A stretch of DNA of 40,183 nucleotides, from contig JALQWV010000062.1 of NCBI GenBank assembly GCA_023263465.1, positions 1 through 40,183 of the forward strand, in the 5' to 3' direction. Positions 17,605 to 26,251 of the stretch are shown here, in pieces. A program made the translations under genes and the position numbers. A model generated the notes under the pieces. It searched no databases and had not been told where the DNA came from. It saw only the letters and a list, made by a program, of their open reading frames with translations. The first letter of the stretch is position 1; each line of letters opens with the position of its first letter. The stretch is from Ilumatobacteraceae bacterium. GTDB lineage: Bacteria; Actinomycetota; Acidimicrobiia; Acidimicrobiales; Ilumatobacteraceae.

Positions 17605-18107
17605 TACGCAGGTGAAACGCCAGTTACTTTGCCTCGATAAAACACCATGGCTTCACCAACTGTTTCGTTCGTAGAAAGATGTTGCACACGTCCGAGCACG
17701 AAACTGTGATCTCCTGCAGGAGTTACCGATTCAATACTGCAGTCGATTGTCGCAAGCGCGCCCGGGAGCACCGGCATTCCACTAGGAGACTTTGTCCAAT
17801 CGAGGCCATCAAACCGAGCAGTCATTCCGCCTTCTAATTCGCGCGCAAATCGCCAACACAGTTCTTCCTGCGCACTCGTCAACACATTGGCGCAAAAGCG
17901 GTTTCCCTCTGCGATGTGCGACCAACTTCGCGAAGCATTGCCAGGGAAAAAACCAACTAATGGTGGGTCTAATGACACCGAGACAAAACTGCCAATGGTG
18001 ATTCCTGCCGGTGCGCCTGTTGCATCAATGCCAGTAACGACGACGACTCCAGTTGGCAGATGACCAAGCACCTGTCGATACCTGGCACTGTCAAAGTTGG
18101 CTTCCAT
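17604..18107 (-). CDS. flavin reductase family protein (FMN-binding split barrel)
   Basis: 'YRQVLGHLPTGVVVVTG' and 'SFVSVSLDPPLV'. Start trimmed from TTG 18125 to ATG 18107, which has TAACAT exactly 7 nt upstream. Confidence 0.85.
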   Translation of the reverse strand: MEANFDSARYRQVLGHLPTGVVVVTGIDATGAPAGITIGSFVSVSLDPPLVGFFPGNASRSWSHIAEGNRFCANVLTSAQEELCWRFARELEGGMTARFDGLDWTKSPSGMPVLPGALATIDCSIESVTPAGDHSFVLGRVQHLSTNETVGEAMVFYRGKVTGVSPA

Positions 18108-18114
18108 CGCTTCA

Positions 18115-18120
18115 ATGTTA
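18115..18120 (-). promoter_or_regulatory. -10 box TAACAT for the flavin reductase operon (leaderless)
   Basis: TANNNT ends 7 nt before ATG 18107. Confidence 0.5.
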
Positions 18121-18126
18121 CCCAAC

Positions 18127-18132
18127 TATGGT
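18127..18132 (+). promoter_or_regulatory. -10 box TATGGT for the alpha/beta hydrolase gene (leaderless)
   Basis: TANNNT ends 6 nt before ATG 18139. It lies 6 nt from the divergent -10 box. Confidence 0.5.
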
Positions 18133-18138
18133 TTGGGC

Positions 18139-19035
18139 ATGACCGCTCAGCACAACATTGCGACGAAAGAAGTTTCTGCAAACAACTTGTCGTTCACCTA
18201 CTTTGAATGTGGAACCGGACCTCTTGCGTTATGTCTGCACGGCTTTCCCGACTCTGCGCATACATGGCGACACTTACTTCCCGAACTGGCATCTGCTGGT
18301 TATCGTGCAGTTGCGCCGTTCATGCGCGGCTATGCCCCAACATCAATTCCTGCGAATGGCGCATACCAAACTGCAGCACTGGCAACTGATGCAAATGCAT
18401 TGCATGAAAAACTTGGTGGTAATTCAGATGCCGTCATCATTGGTCACGATTGGGGTGCGCCTGCGGTCTATGGCGCGGCAATTCTTGAACCTGCTCGTTG
18501 GAAAACAGTTGTAGGGATGTCGGTTCCACCCTGGGGTGCAATGGGAAATGCATTTATGTCAAACCTCCGTCAAGTGCAACGCAGTTGGTACATGTTCTTC
18601 TTTCAACACGGTCTTTCCAACTTTGTCGTAGGTGCAAACAATCTTGCATTCATTGACATGCTGTGGGACCAATGGTCTCCTGGTTTTTCGGCAAGTGAAG
18701 ACATCGCGAATGCAAAAGCAAGCATTGCCAATCCAGAACATTTAGAAGCAGCACTGGGCTACTACCGCGCAACTCTTGGTGCCGGATTTAGAGACCCAGC
18801 ATTGACTGAAGCGCAAAATTTGGTGCAGGGAGAGAACCCGCCACAACCCTTGCTCTATTTGCACGGCGAGCAAGACGGTTGCATTGGCGCAGAGGTTGCG
18901 CGAGAAGCAGCAACTCGTGCCCCGTCAAACGCGCGGGTTGAAATTGTTGAAGGAGCAGGTCACTTCATGCAGTTAGAGCAACCTGCGAAGGTAAACAAAT
19001 TGATCGTGAATTGGATTACGAGTAACGCTTCATAA
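18139..19035 (+). CDS. alpha/beta hydrolase (epoxide hydrolase-like)
   Basis: 'LCLHGFPDSAHTWRH' and nucleophile region 'IGHDWGA' (Asp nucleophile, as in epoxide and haloalkane hydrolases). Start trimmed to ATG 18139. Confidence 0.85.
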   Translation: MTAQHNIATKEVSANNLSFTYFECGTGPLALCLHGFPDSAHTWRHLLPELASAGYRAVAPFMRGYAPTSIPANGAYQTAALATDANALHEKLGGNSDAVIIGHDWGAPAVYGAAILEPARWKTVVGMSVPPWGAMGNAFMSNLRQVQRSWYMFFFQHGLSNFVVGANNLAFIDMLWDQWSPGFSASEDIANAKASIANPEHLEAALGYYRATLGAGFRDPALTEAQNLVQGENPPQPLLYLHGEQDGCIGAEVAREAATRAPSNARVEIVEGAGHFMQLEQPAKVNKLIVNWITSNAS

Positions 19036-19977
19036 CGGCAAGTGCAAAACGCCGTTTGATTCAACGATCAATTTGTCTACAAGCAGAGACTGAATAATCA
19101 TTTCTGCGCGCTCAGGTTGCTTCGCTAAACCCATGGTCTGTCCAGCTTTGTTGCGCAATACCCCGCCTGAAATAAGTGCTTTCATGAGCCGTCCTCGAGC
19201 CTGTCGATTTGAGCCTTCAAAACGTGCTTGTGGCTTACTGGTTCCCGCCGATGCTGGCGCTGGGTCATCACCACCATGAAGCTTCCAACCACACGAATCC
19301 ACGATGGGACATCGTTCGCAATGTGGTGAGCGGGCAGCGCAACATGTCGCCCCAAAATCCATGAGCACCTGATTCCACTCCCACGACAAACCAAGCGGAA
19401 CCATTGAGTCTGCAATTGACTGTGTTTCGCGTCTGCCAAGCGGCCTATTCATAACGCGTGCAAACACCCGAGTGACGTTGGTGTCAACAACTCCGACATC
19501 AACATGCCCTGCAAATGCCAACACCGCGCGTGCCGTGTATTCGCCAACTCCAGGCAACGCAAGCAATTGTTCCAAATCTGCTGGCACTTGCGAATCGTGA
19601 TCCCGCACCATCACCTTCGCAGCTTCATGCAAGTTGCGGCAGCGTCGCGGATATCCAAGTCCTTGCCAAATGGTAAGCAACTCAGATAACGGAGCATCTG
19701 CGCATTCGCGCGGCGAAGGAAACGTGTGAATGAACTGTTGGAATTTCGGCACAACCCGATCAATTTGGGTTTGCTGAGACATCACTTCGCTTACCAACAC
19801 GTGCCATCGGTTTCTCGTGGCGCGCCACGGGAAATCTCGTAGTTGTGGTAATCCCCACTGCAGCAGTGGGTCAACAATGATGCTTAGCTTGTCCAGACGT
19901 CTTGACCGTCGTACGGACGTGCACGCTTTGGCAGGAACTCGCGTTTCCACACCATTACTCGCCTGCGGAAATAGCAC
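19030..19977 (-). CDS. mutY: A/G-specific adenine DNA glycosylase (MutY-like, HhH-GPD with 4Fe-4S)
   Basis: 'VSEVMSQQTQIDRV', HhH 'LPGVGEYTARAV', and C-x6-C-x2-C-x5-C 'CAARSPHCERCPIVDSC'. The start is uncertain. ATG 19977 and GTG 19950 overlap the maoC 3' end by 94 and 67 nt, and no canonical start lies downstream of 19884. Confidence 0.8.
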   Translation of the reverse strand: MLFPQASNGVETRVPAKACTSVRRSRRLDKLSIIVDPLLQWGLPQLRDFPWRATRNRWHVLVSEVMSQQTQIDRVVPKFQQFIHTFPSPRECADAPLSELLTIWQGLGYPRRCRNLHEAAKVMVRDHDSQVPADLEQLLALPGVGEYTARAVLAFAGHVDVGVVDTNVTRVFARVMNRPLGRRETQSIADSMVPLGLSWEWNQVLMDFGATCCAARSPHCERCPIVDSCGWKLHGGDDPAPASAGTSKPQARFEGSNRQARGRLMKALISGGVLRNKAGQTMGLAKQPERAEMIIQSLLVDKLIVESNGVLHLPL

Positions 19978-20399
19978 ACTTCTTTGCCGTCTTGATTGAA
20001 ACCCTTAGTTTCTACTGTCACCACACCACGGTCATTTTTTGACTTTGACTCCTGCACATCGAGCACTCTCGTCTCGGCGTGGATGGTGTCGCCATGAAAC
20101 GTTGGGAACTTGTGCTGCAAAGTTTCTACTTCAAGATTGGCAATTGCAGCGCCACTCACGTCGGGAACGCTCATACCCAGCACCAATGAATACACAAGAT
20201 TGCCCACTACAACGTTTCGCCCTTGCACGCTCTGTGATGCAAACCAGTCATTGGTGTGCAGTGGATGATGATTCATGGTGATCATACAAAACAAGTGATC
20301 ATCTGCTTCGGTAATGGTTTTTCCCGGCCAGTGGCGGTACACATCTCCAACAGTGAAGTCCTCTAGTGCTCTTCCAAACGGGCGCTCATGAACAGTCAT
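19884..20399 (-). CDS. MaoC-family (R)-specific enoyl-CoA hydratase, single hot-dog (mesaconyl-CoA hydratase-like)
   Basis: 171 aa. 'ITEADDHLFCMITMNHHPLHTN' hydratase-2 type motif. Confidence 0.8.
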   Translation of the reverse strand: MTVHERPFGRALEDFTVGDVYRHWPGKTITEADDHLFCMITMNHHPLHTNDWFASQSVQGRNVVVGNLVYSLVLGMSVPDVSGAAIANLEVETLQHKFPTFHGDTIHAETRVLDVQESKSKNDRGVVTVETKGFNQDGKEVCYFRRRVMVWKREFLPKRARPYDGQDVWTS

Positions 20400-20408
20400 A
20401 ACAACAAA

Positions 20409-21575
20409 CTACTCCTCATCTTCATCATCAAGTAAGAATCTGTTCTTTTGTTTTGGCAATGGGAACTGGCCAGTACGGTCACGTGGCGCGTATTGCTCAA
20501 GAAATTCGTACTTGGTTGTTGGGTGTTCGGTTGCAAGTTTGGTAACTCTGCGAAGCGACCGCAGTTTCTCTTTCCGTTCAATAGCGAATGGACCAACTCG
20601 TAGCGACAGGTAAGTGAATCCGCCGGCAAGAATCGGTAGCCAATATTGAGCAATGCGGTATGACAACACACCAACGGTTGCAACGTTTCGAGTAAGGCCA
20701 AAACCAACAAGAGTTGGAATGTAAATACCTTCCACAATGCCAAGTCCTCCGGGAGTAATTGGCACCACCGACAAAATATTGGCGAGTCCGAACGAAACTA
20801 TTAATGCGTCTGGAGCAACATCGCCACCGAAGGCACGAATGAACACATACAACGCGAGCATGTCAAGCAACCAGTTCACCAGTGCCCATACCAACACGCG
20901 CGTCAATAGCTTTGGCTCGGAAGCCAAACCTTGAAGTCGATTACCTAAGTGTTCAAGAACTTCGGCTGCATGGTCTTCATCTAATCTCAGCTTCCGGGCA
21001 CAGAATCGAATGAATCTTTCTGCTCTTCCCTGTCCATCAATGAGACCAAAAATCAGTGCAGCAGCGATCAACATCAAAATGATTCCGATAATTGCTGCGG
21101 TTCCATATGCAGCGTTCACGCCGCGACCTGCTGAAACGATGAGACCAAACCACAAGATCACATTGAGCATGACCGCAGAACCAAGACCAGCAGTTGCCAG
21201 AGCAAAGCCGGCGTCTGGGCCTGCTACTCCCGAGAGTGTGAGCATGCGGTAGCCGAGTGCCGTGCTTGCAGCGCTACCACCAGGCAAGACATTGCCTACT
21301 GCTTTTGTGCTCATTTGAATACGAAACAGTCGAAGCACCGAGATTTCATTTCCGTGTTCGGCAAGAGCCGCTTTCGTCAGTAATGAGTAGCTGAACAGTG
21401 CGGCGAACTCGAGGCCAAGACCCAGTATCAACAATGACGGTTTAATCTGCGTGAGATCCGAAACCGCTTTTCGGAAGCCAGGAATGAGCGGGAGAACGAA
21501 GAAATATAAAATCGCAGCGAACAGCACCCACTTGGCTGTGGTGAAAGCAGATTTCAACCCACTCAGCCGCGACAT
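20409..21575 (-). CDS. flippase-like / lysyl-PG-synthase TM-domain family membrane protein (UPF0104)
   Basis: 388 aa, multi-TM. 'ITPGGLGIVEGIYIP' motif typical of the family. Confidence 0.75.
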   Translation of the reverse strand: MSRLSGLKSAFTTAKWVLFAAILYFFVLPLIPGFRKAVSDLTQIKPSLLILGLGLEFAALFSYSLLTKAALAEHGNEISVLRLFRIQMSTKAVGNVLPGGSAASTALGYRMLTLSGVAGPDAGFALATAGLGSAVMLNVILWFGLIVSAGRGVNAAYGTAAIIGIILMLIAAALIFGLIDGQGRAERFIRFCARKLRLDEDHAAEVLEHLGNRLQGLASEPKLLTRVLVWALVNWLLDMLALYVFIRAFGGDVAPDALIVSFGLANILSVVPITPGGLGIVEGIYIPTLVGFGLTRNVATVGVLSYRIAQYWLPILAGGFTYLSLRVGPFAIERKEKLRSLRRVTKLATEHPTTKYEFLEQYAPRDRTGQFPLPKQKNRFLLDDEDEE

Positions 21576-21582
21576 GCCCTAA

Positions 21583-21588
21583 ATGGTA
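21583..21588 (-). promoter_or_regulatory. -10 box TACCAT for the flippase-like/maoC/mutY run (leaderless)
   Basis: TANNNT ends 7 nt before ATG 21575. Confidence 0.5.
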
Positions 21589-21633
21589 GGTGACAACACC
21601 CTGCAGGGTTAGTCCCTATGGCCCAGTGCTCAC

Positions 21634-21639
21634 TAGCGT
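21634..21639 (+). promoter_or_regulatory. -10 box TAGCGT (ACTAGCGT) for the acyl-CoA dehydrogenase gene (leaderless)
   Basis: TANNNT ends 7 nt before ATG 21647. Confidence 0.5.
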
Positions 21640-21646
21640 TTACGAA

Positions 21647-23266
21647 ATGGGCTCCCCAACTTCGTCTCCAACCCCAGATCTCACACGCGCTGCCGAGGTC
21701 ATCGATTTGGCTCGTCGCGTCGTCGGAAAGGGTGTGCGCACGCTCGCCGCTCAAGGCGGACCTGAAGTTCACCAAGTACTTGCATACGACCTCGCGCATT
21801 CTGCGGCTGCAGTGGAAACTGCTCGCTCACTCATTGACTACGGCGGAAAAGGAAACTCTGAAGCGCTCATCACGTGCGCATTCGTCGCAGACATGTTGCA
21901 CGAGGTCAGCTCTCGCCTCCTTGGCCGCGAAGAAATGTGGGGAGTAGAACAGAATCCACTCGCCTCAGCACATGATTTCATGACCGCGTTCCGCGCGCCA
22001 GAGTTTTTGGCGTCGCTCGCCTCTGTTGCGGGACCACGACACCTTGAAGACGAATTTGAAATGGTGCAAGACACATTCCGCAGTTTTGCCACAAAAGTTA
22101 TTGCCCCACGCGCAGAACATGTGCACCGACACAACGCGGACGTTCCAGAAGAAATCATTTCTGGTCTTGCCGAACTTGGTGCATTCGGACTTTCCGTTCC
22201 ATCTGAGTATGGCGGTTTCAGTGAAGGTGGCGACGGCGAATACATGGCGAACTGCATTGCAACTGAAGAGTTGTCGCGTGCGTCGCTCGGCATCGGCGGT
22301 TCACTCATCACTCGCCCAGAAATTCTCACGCGTGCGTTGGTTTATGGTGGAACTGAAACGCAGAAGCAGGAGTGGCTGCCAAAACTTGCATCCGCAGAGG
22401 TAATGGCAGCAGTGGCAGTTACCGAGCCTGATTACGGCAGCGACGTTGCCAACCTCACCACGATGGCGGTGAAGACCACAAACGAAGAAGGTGTTGAGGG
22501 TTATGTCATCAACGGTGTGAAAACGTGGTGCACGTTTGCCGCCCGAGCCAACGTGTTGATGCTGCTTGCACGAACCGATCCAGATCGCAGCAAGACTCAC
22601 CGCGGTCTGAGTTTGTTCATTGTTCCAAAACCTTTAGGTGATGCACACGGCTTTATGTTCAAGCAACCCGGTGGCGGAAAAATGGAAGGTCGCCCAATTG
22701 ACACCATCGGCTATCGCGGTATGCATAGCTACGAAATTGCAATTGAAAACTGGTTCGTTCCTGCAGACCATTTGATTGGTGAGGAATCAGGTTTGGGTAA
22801 AGGCTTCTATTACCAAATGAGCGGTTTCGAAAACGGACGCTTGCAAACTGCAGCACGTGCAGTTGGTGTGATGCAGGCTTCGTATGAATCCGCCGTTGAA
22901 TATGCCAACAACCGCAAAGCATTTGGCCACAACATTGCCGAATACCAACTCACCCAAGCCAAGCTTGGTCGAATGGCTGTCATTACTCAGGCTTCACGTC
23001 AGTTTTCCTACACCGTTGCCAAGTTGATGGGCAAAGGCGAAGGCCAGATGGAAGCCAGCATGGTGAAGGCATACGTGTGCAAGGCTGCCGAATGGGTTTC
23101 GCGCGAAGCCATGCAAATTCACGGTGGTTTTGGTTATGCCGAGGAATACTCCGTAAGTCGACTCTTCGTTGACGCTCGCGTGCTGTCAATCTTTGAAGGC
23201 GCTGACGAGACGTTGTGTTTGAAAGTAATTGCTCGGCGCTTGGTTGAAGAGTCAGCTGCTAAATAA
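21647..23266 (+). CDS. acyl-CoA dehydrogenase with about 145-aa N-terminal extension (methylsuccinyl-CoA dehydrogenase-like)
   Basis: ACAD signatures 'AVTEPDYGSD' and 'QIHGGFGYAEE'. The canonical fold starts near 'FEMVQDTFRSF'. 539 aa after trimming to ATG 21647. Confidence 0.85.
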   Translation: MGSPTSSPTPDLTRAAEVIDLARRVVGKGVRTLAAQGGPEVHQVLAYDLAHSAAAVETARSLIDYGGKGNSEALITCAFVADMLHEVSSRLLGREEMWGVEQNPLASAHDFMTAFRAPEFLASLASVAGPRHLEDEFEMVQDTFRSFATKVIAPRAEHVHRHNADVPEEIISGLAELGAFGLSVPSEYGGFSEGGDGEYMANCIATEELSRASLGIGGSLITRPEILTRALVYGGTETQKQEWLPKLASAEVMAAVAVTEPDYGSDVANLTTMAVKTTNEEGVEGYVINGVKTWCTFAARANVLMLLARTDPDRSKTHRGLSLFIVPKPLGDAHGFMFKQPGGGKMEGRPIDTIGYRGMHSYEIAIENWFVPADHLIGEESGLGKGFYYQMSGFENGRLQTAARAVGVMQASYESAVEYANNRKAFGHNIAEYQLTQAKLGRMAVITQASRQFSYTVAKLMGKGEGQMEASMVKAYVCKAAEWVSREAMQIHGGFGYAEEYSVSRLFVDARVLSIFEGADETLCLKVIARRLVEESAAK

Positions 23267-23972
23267 AAGCGATTAGGTCATGTAGCGAGCTAATTCGCTC
23301 GCAGTCATAACTTGCATGATCGTTGTACGGGTCTAGCAAGATTGGGTGTAGTCCTGCATTCTGCGCACCAATAACGTCATTCACAAATGAGTCGCCAACG
23401 TAGGCGATGCGGTCAATTCCAATCCCCTTTTCGTTCATGACCGCAATTGCATCTCGAAAGATTCCGGGGTGAGGTTTGGCTGTTCCTATGACATGGGAAT
23501 CGGTAACGATGAGCACCGGAACACCTGCGCCAGTTCCCACTTGACAGATGCATTGGTTGGCAAGCGTTGCTTCCACCTGCCCGCTGGCATTTGACACAAT
23601 GCCGATGGGTAAACCTTTCAAGTGCATTTGCCACAATGCGGCAGCGGATTCAAGAATTGGATATCGCCATAAAAACGGTGAGAACATTTTTCGCAGTTGT
23701 GCGCTTGCACTCACCGCAGAGGATCCGGTTATTCCTGCAGCCTCTACATAAGCGTCGCGATATGGATTCCAACTGAAACCATCAATGGTTTCTTTTGCGG
23801 TTTCGCGCGCAACAGCGTCTAAACGCTCCATACCGGCGTAATGTGCGCGCATTAATCGTTCGATAGAACCATCGCCACCATGTGCGCGAACAATTGCGCC
23901 TAGTGAAATGGGGTCGGGTAATAAAAAGATGCCACCAGCATCAAACAGAATTGCGTCGAAACGTTTGGTCAC
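23259..23972 (-). CDS. HAD-superfamily hydrolase
   Basis: Motif I variant 'AILFDAGGI' and motif IV 'YVGDSFVNDV'. GTG start forms a GTGA overlap with the lyase stop. Confidence 0.8.
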   Translation of the reverse strand: MTKRFDAILFDAGGIFLLPDPISLGAIVRAHGGDGSIERLMRAHYAGMERLDAVARETAKETIDGFSWNPYRDAYVEAAGITGSSAVSASAQLRKMFSPFLWRYPILESAAALWQMHLKGLPIGIVSNASGQVEATLANQCICQVGTGAGVPVLIVTDSHVIGTAKPHPGIFRDAIAVMNEKGIGIDRIAYVGDSFVNDVIGAQNAGLHPILLDPYNDHASYDCERISSLHDLIAFI

Positions 23973-24910
23973 GCTTGTGGTGAACGCTTGCGACCTGCAC
24001 GCTCACCGCGTGAGATGAACTTCAACGCCATCTTGCGGCTAGCTTCGTCAATCATTTCGTTACCAAACATGACTGCGCCCTTGCCTTCGCCTTCGGTGGC
24101 TTCTTTGTAGGCATCAATAATTGACCAGGCTTTGTCGAACTGTTCCTGCGTTGGCGAGAACACGTCGTTCAAGACGGTTACTTGGTCTGGGTGCAATGCC
24201 CACTTGCCGTCGTAGCCAAGAATGCGGGAACGCATGCTGTATTCGCGAAGCGCATCGCTGTCGCGAACATGCAAGAACGGTCCGTCGATTACTTGCAGAC
24301 CATTTGCACGACCTGCCATCAAGATTTTGTTGTACACGTAATGGAAGTGGTCACCTGGGTATTCGTCAATCTTTACGCCACCTGTGAGCACTGGCATTTC
24401 CATGCTTGCTGCAAAGTCGGCTGGTCCAAAGATGATGGTTTCAAGTCGAGGGCTTGCTGCACAGATTTCTTCAACATTGATCAGCCCGCGAGCAGTTTCA
24501 ATTTGCGCCTCAATGCCGATGTGGCCGATTGGCAAACCTGCTGAAATTTCTACCTGACGAAGCAACATGTCGGTTGCCACGATCTGCGCTGCAGATTCAA
24601 CCTTTGGCAACATGATTTCGTCGAGGCGTTCACCTGCATTGCCGACAACTTCAATAATGTCAAAGGCAGTCCACTTGGTGCTCCAGTCGTTTACGCGAAC
24701 ACACAACACCTTGTCGCCCCAGTCATTGCCACGAATAGCGGCTGCGATCTTGGCGCGTGAAGCTTCTTTTTCCTTTGGTGCTACTGCGTCTTCAAGATCG
24801 AGGAACACCATGTCGGCAGGAATTCCTGGACCCTTGCCCAGCATCTTTTCTGACGAGCCTGGAATTGACAGGCATGAACGGCGAGGAAGATGACGGGAGC
24901 GTGCTGACAT
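23969..24910 (-). CDS. HpcH/CitE-family acyl-CoA lyase (L-malyl-CoA/beta-methylmalyl-CoA lyase-like)
   Basis: 'RSCLSIPGS', 'FLDLEDAV', 'LPKV', 'GPADFAASMEM', 'DGPF' and 'GKWALHPDQV'. Carries the Mcl-type insertion after the FAASM block. Confidence 0.8.
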   Translation of the reverse strand: MSARSRHLPRRSCLSIPGSSEKMLGKGPGIPADMVFLDLEDAVAPKEKEASRAKIAAAIRGNDWGDKVLCVRVNDWSTKWTAFDIIEVVGNAGERLDEIMLPKVESAAQIVATDMLLRQVEISAGLPIGHIGIEAQIETARGLINVEEICAASPRLETIIFGPADFAASMEMPVLTGGVKIDEYPGDHFHYVYNKILMAGRANGLQVIDGPFLHVRDSDALREYSMRSRILGYDGKWALHPDQVTVLNDVFSPTQEQFDKAWSIIDAYKEATEGEGKGAVMFGNEMIDEASRKMALKFISRGERAGRKRSPQA

Positions 24911-24920
24911 GGACTACAGG

Positions 24921-25721
24921 TTACATCGCACTGCGCACGAGCATCTCGGTCGTAGGGGCGCATTCGGCCACTACTGACAGCGAAGCGTCCGTGATTCCTT
25001 GCGGTCCAACAACAGCGCGAAACAGTTCGCGCGGAACAACATCCACCTCGGTTCGCCACGGACGTTGTGAATCGACATTGCGCGATTTCATTGCCTCCCA
25101 TAATTCGGCTGGCAATCGCGTTCCGCGTCGTGCAGTGACGACTGCAGGTTTTTGCGCAACGTATGCGAGGGCGGCCACACCATGCGAGCCAGAGTTCATG
25201 AGGAATTCGTCCGGACCACAACCCAATGCATCAAGCACCACCATGTCGCACATGCCAATGGCACGTGCTGCATGCTCGATTGACACGTTTTCTGCTTCCA
25301 CCTGAACTCGCTCAAGTGCATGTACCGCACTATCTGCCGATCCAAAGGAATCAATCACCAAGGCTTTGCACTCACCACGCTGCACCAAGGCTTCAAGTGC
25401 AGTCGGACTCCAACCAACAATGCACACTGTCTGCGAGCCGCCCAGATACGAAAGGAGGTGATCTGTCGTTGCATCGTTGCCAATTTCGGATTCCAGTTCA
25501 TACAGACGTTCAAACGGGTCAAGCGCAGATAACGCTTGAGCACACAGCCACCACAATGGCGCACATGTGGGGTGTCGCTCCACGATTCTCCGTGCGGCCA
25601 AAACCAAGCCTGCCGGCTCCAAATGCAAGCCAAATAGTGCCTGTGCTGTCTCGCTCACCAATGCGACTGGGTCGGCTCCAGTGGCACGCGCCACATACCG
25701 CAGGTGCTCAATCGGGTGCAT
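24921..25721 (-). CDS. hypothetical protein, possibly eIF-2B/MtnA-like Rossmann fold
   Basis: 266 aa. 'MHPIEHLRYVARATGADP...'. The C-terminal half 'CDMVVLDALGCGPDEFLMNSGSHGVAALAYVAQKPAVVTA' is reminiscent of eIF2B-related isomerases. The functional call is weak. Confidence 0.5.
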   Translation of the reverse strand: MHPIEHLRYVARATGADPVALVSETAQALFGLHLEPAGLVLAARRIVERHPTCAPLWWLCAQALSALDPFERLYELESEIGNDATTDHLLSYLGGSQTVCIVGWSPTALEALVQRGECKALVIDSFGSADSAVHALERVQVEAENVSIEHAARAIGMCDMVVLDALGCGPDEFLMNSGSHGVAALAYVAQKPAVVTARRGTRLPAELWEAMKSRNVDSQRPWRTEVDVVPRELFRAVVGPQGITDASLSVVAECAPTTEMLVRSAM

Positions 25722-25728
25722 TGTTGAG

Positions 25729-25734
25729 ACGCTA
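25729..25734 (-). promoter_or_regulatory. -10 box TAGCGT (ACTAGCGT) for the hyp-lyase-HAD operon (leaderless)
   Basis: TANNNT ends 7 nt before ATG 25721. Confidence 0.5.
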
Positions 25735-25748
25735 GTGCTCTAACTTGC

Positions 25749-25754
25749 TACCGT
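25749..25754 (+). promoter_or_regulatory. -10 box TACCGT for the thioredoxin-fold/fumarase operon
   Basis: TANNNT ends 8 nt before in-frame GTG 25763. Confidence 0.4.
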
Positions 25755-25762
25755 CTCATCCT

Positions 25763-26251
25763 GTGGCAAATGCACCTTCTCTCGACACTTCACTCAAACC
25801 CCTCAACGGCGAGGCTCGCCCATTGCGCGAATGGTTGACCACCTTCCATCTCACGTCCATCGTCATTGACCCCTACACCAACGAAAGTTCATGGATCTTG
25901 AAAACCGCCGGACGGATCCTGCATGAATTCTCTGGTGCCGCTACACGGGTCAACTTTGTGGTCACTTCTTCTGAAGCCGATGCAAAGAAGTTCCTTGGTC
26001 CACTTGCTGATACCTACCTCACTTTCACCGATCCAGAGCGATTGTTGGTAAAGCAACTCGGACTTACTGAACTTCCTGCGTTTGTGTTTATTCAGTCAGA
26101 TGGAACAGTGCCGCAGTGCGCTCAAGGATGGAGCCCCAAGTCGTGGCGCGAAGTGTCCGACTACATTGCCGACACAGTGAAATGGTCTCGCCCGTTGATT
26201 CCAGCCGCAGGCGACCCAGGTACCTACAAGGGCACACCGGCACTCGTGTAA
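25763..26251 (+). CDS. thioredoxin-fold protein lacking a CxxC motif
   Basis: TlpA/peroxiredoxin-like pattern '[13 protein letters not shown]...[18 protein letters not shown]'. Start GTG 25763 (ORF-track TTG 25745 is also possible). The stop overlaps the fumarase ATG (TAATG). Confidence 0.6.
   Translation: MANAPSLDTSLKPLNGEARPLREWLTTFHLTSIVIDPYTNESSWILKTAGRILHEFSGAATRVNFVVTSSEADAKKFLGPLADTYLTFTDPERLLVKQLGLTELPAFVFIQSDGTVPQCAQGWSPKSWREVSDYIADTVKWSRPLIPAAGDPGTYKGTPALV

Noticed and set aside
26116-26250. 5' extension of the fumarase ORF (M at 26116)
   Set aside because: It overlaps the thioredoxin-fold gene. The conserved fumarase N-terminus begins at [11 protein letters not shown] (ATG 26251), which overlaps the upstream stop.
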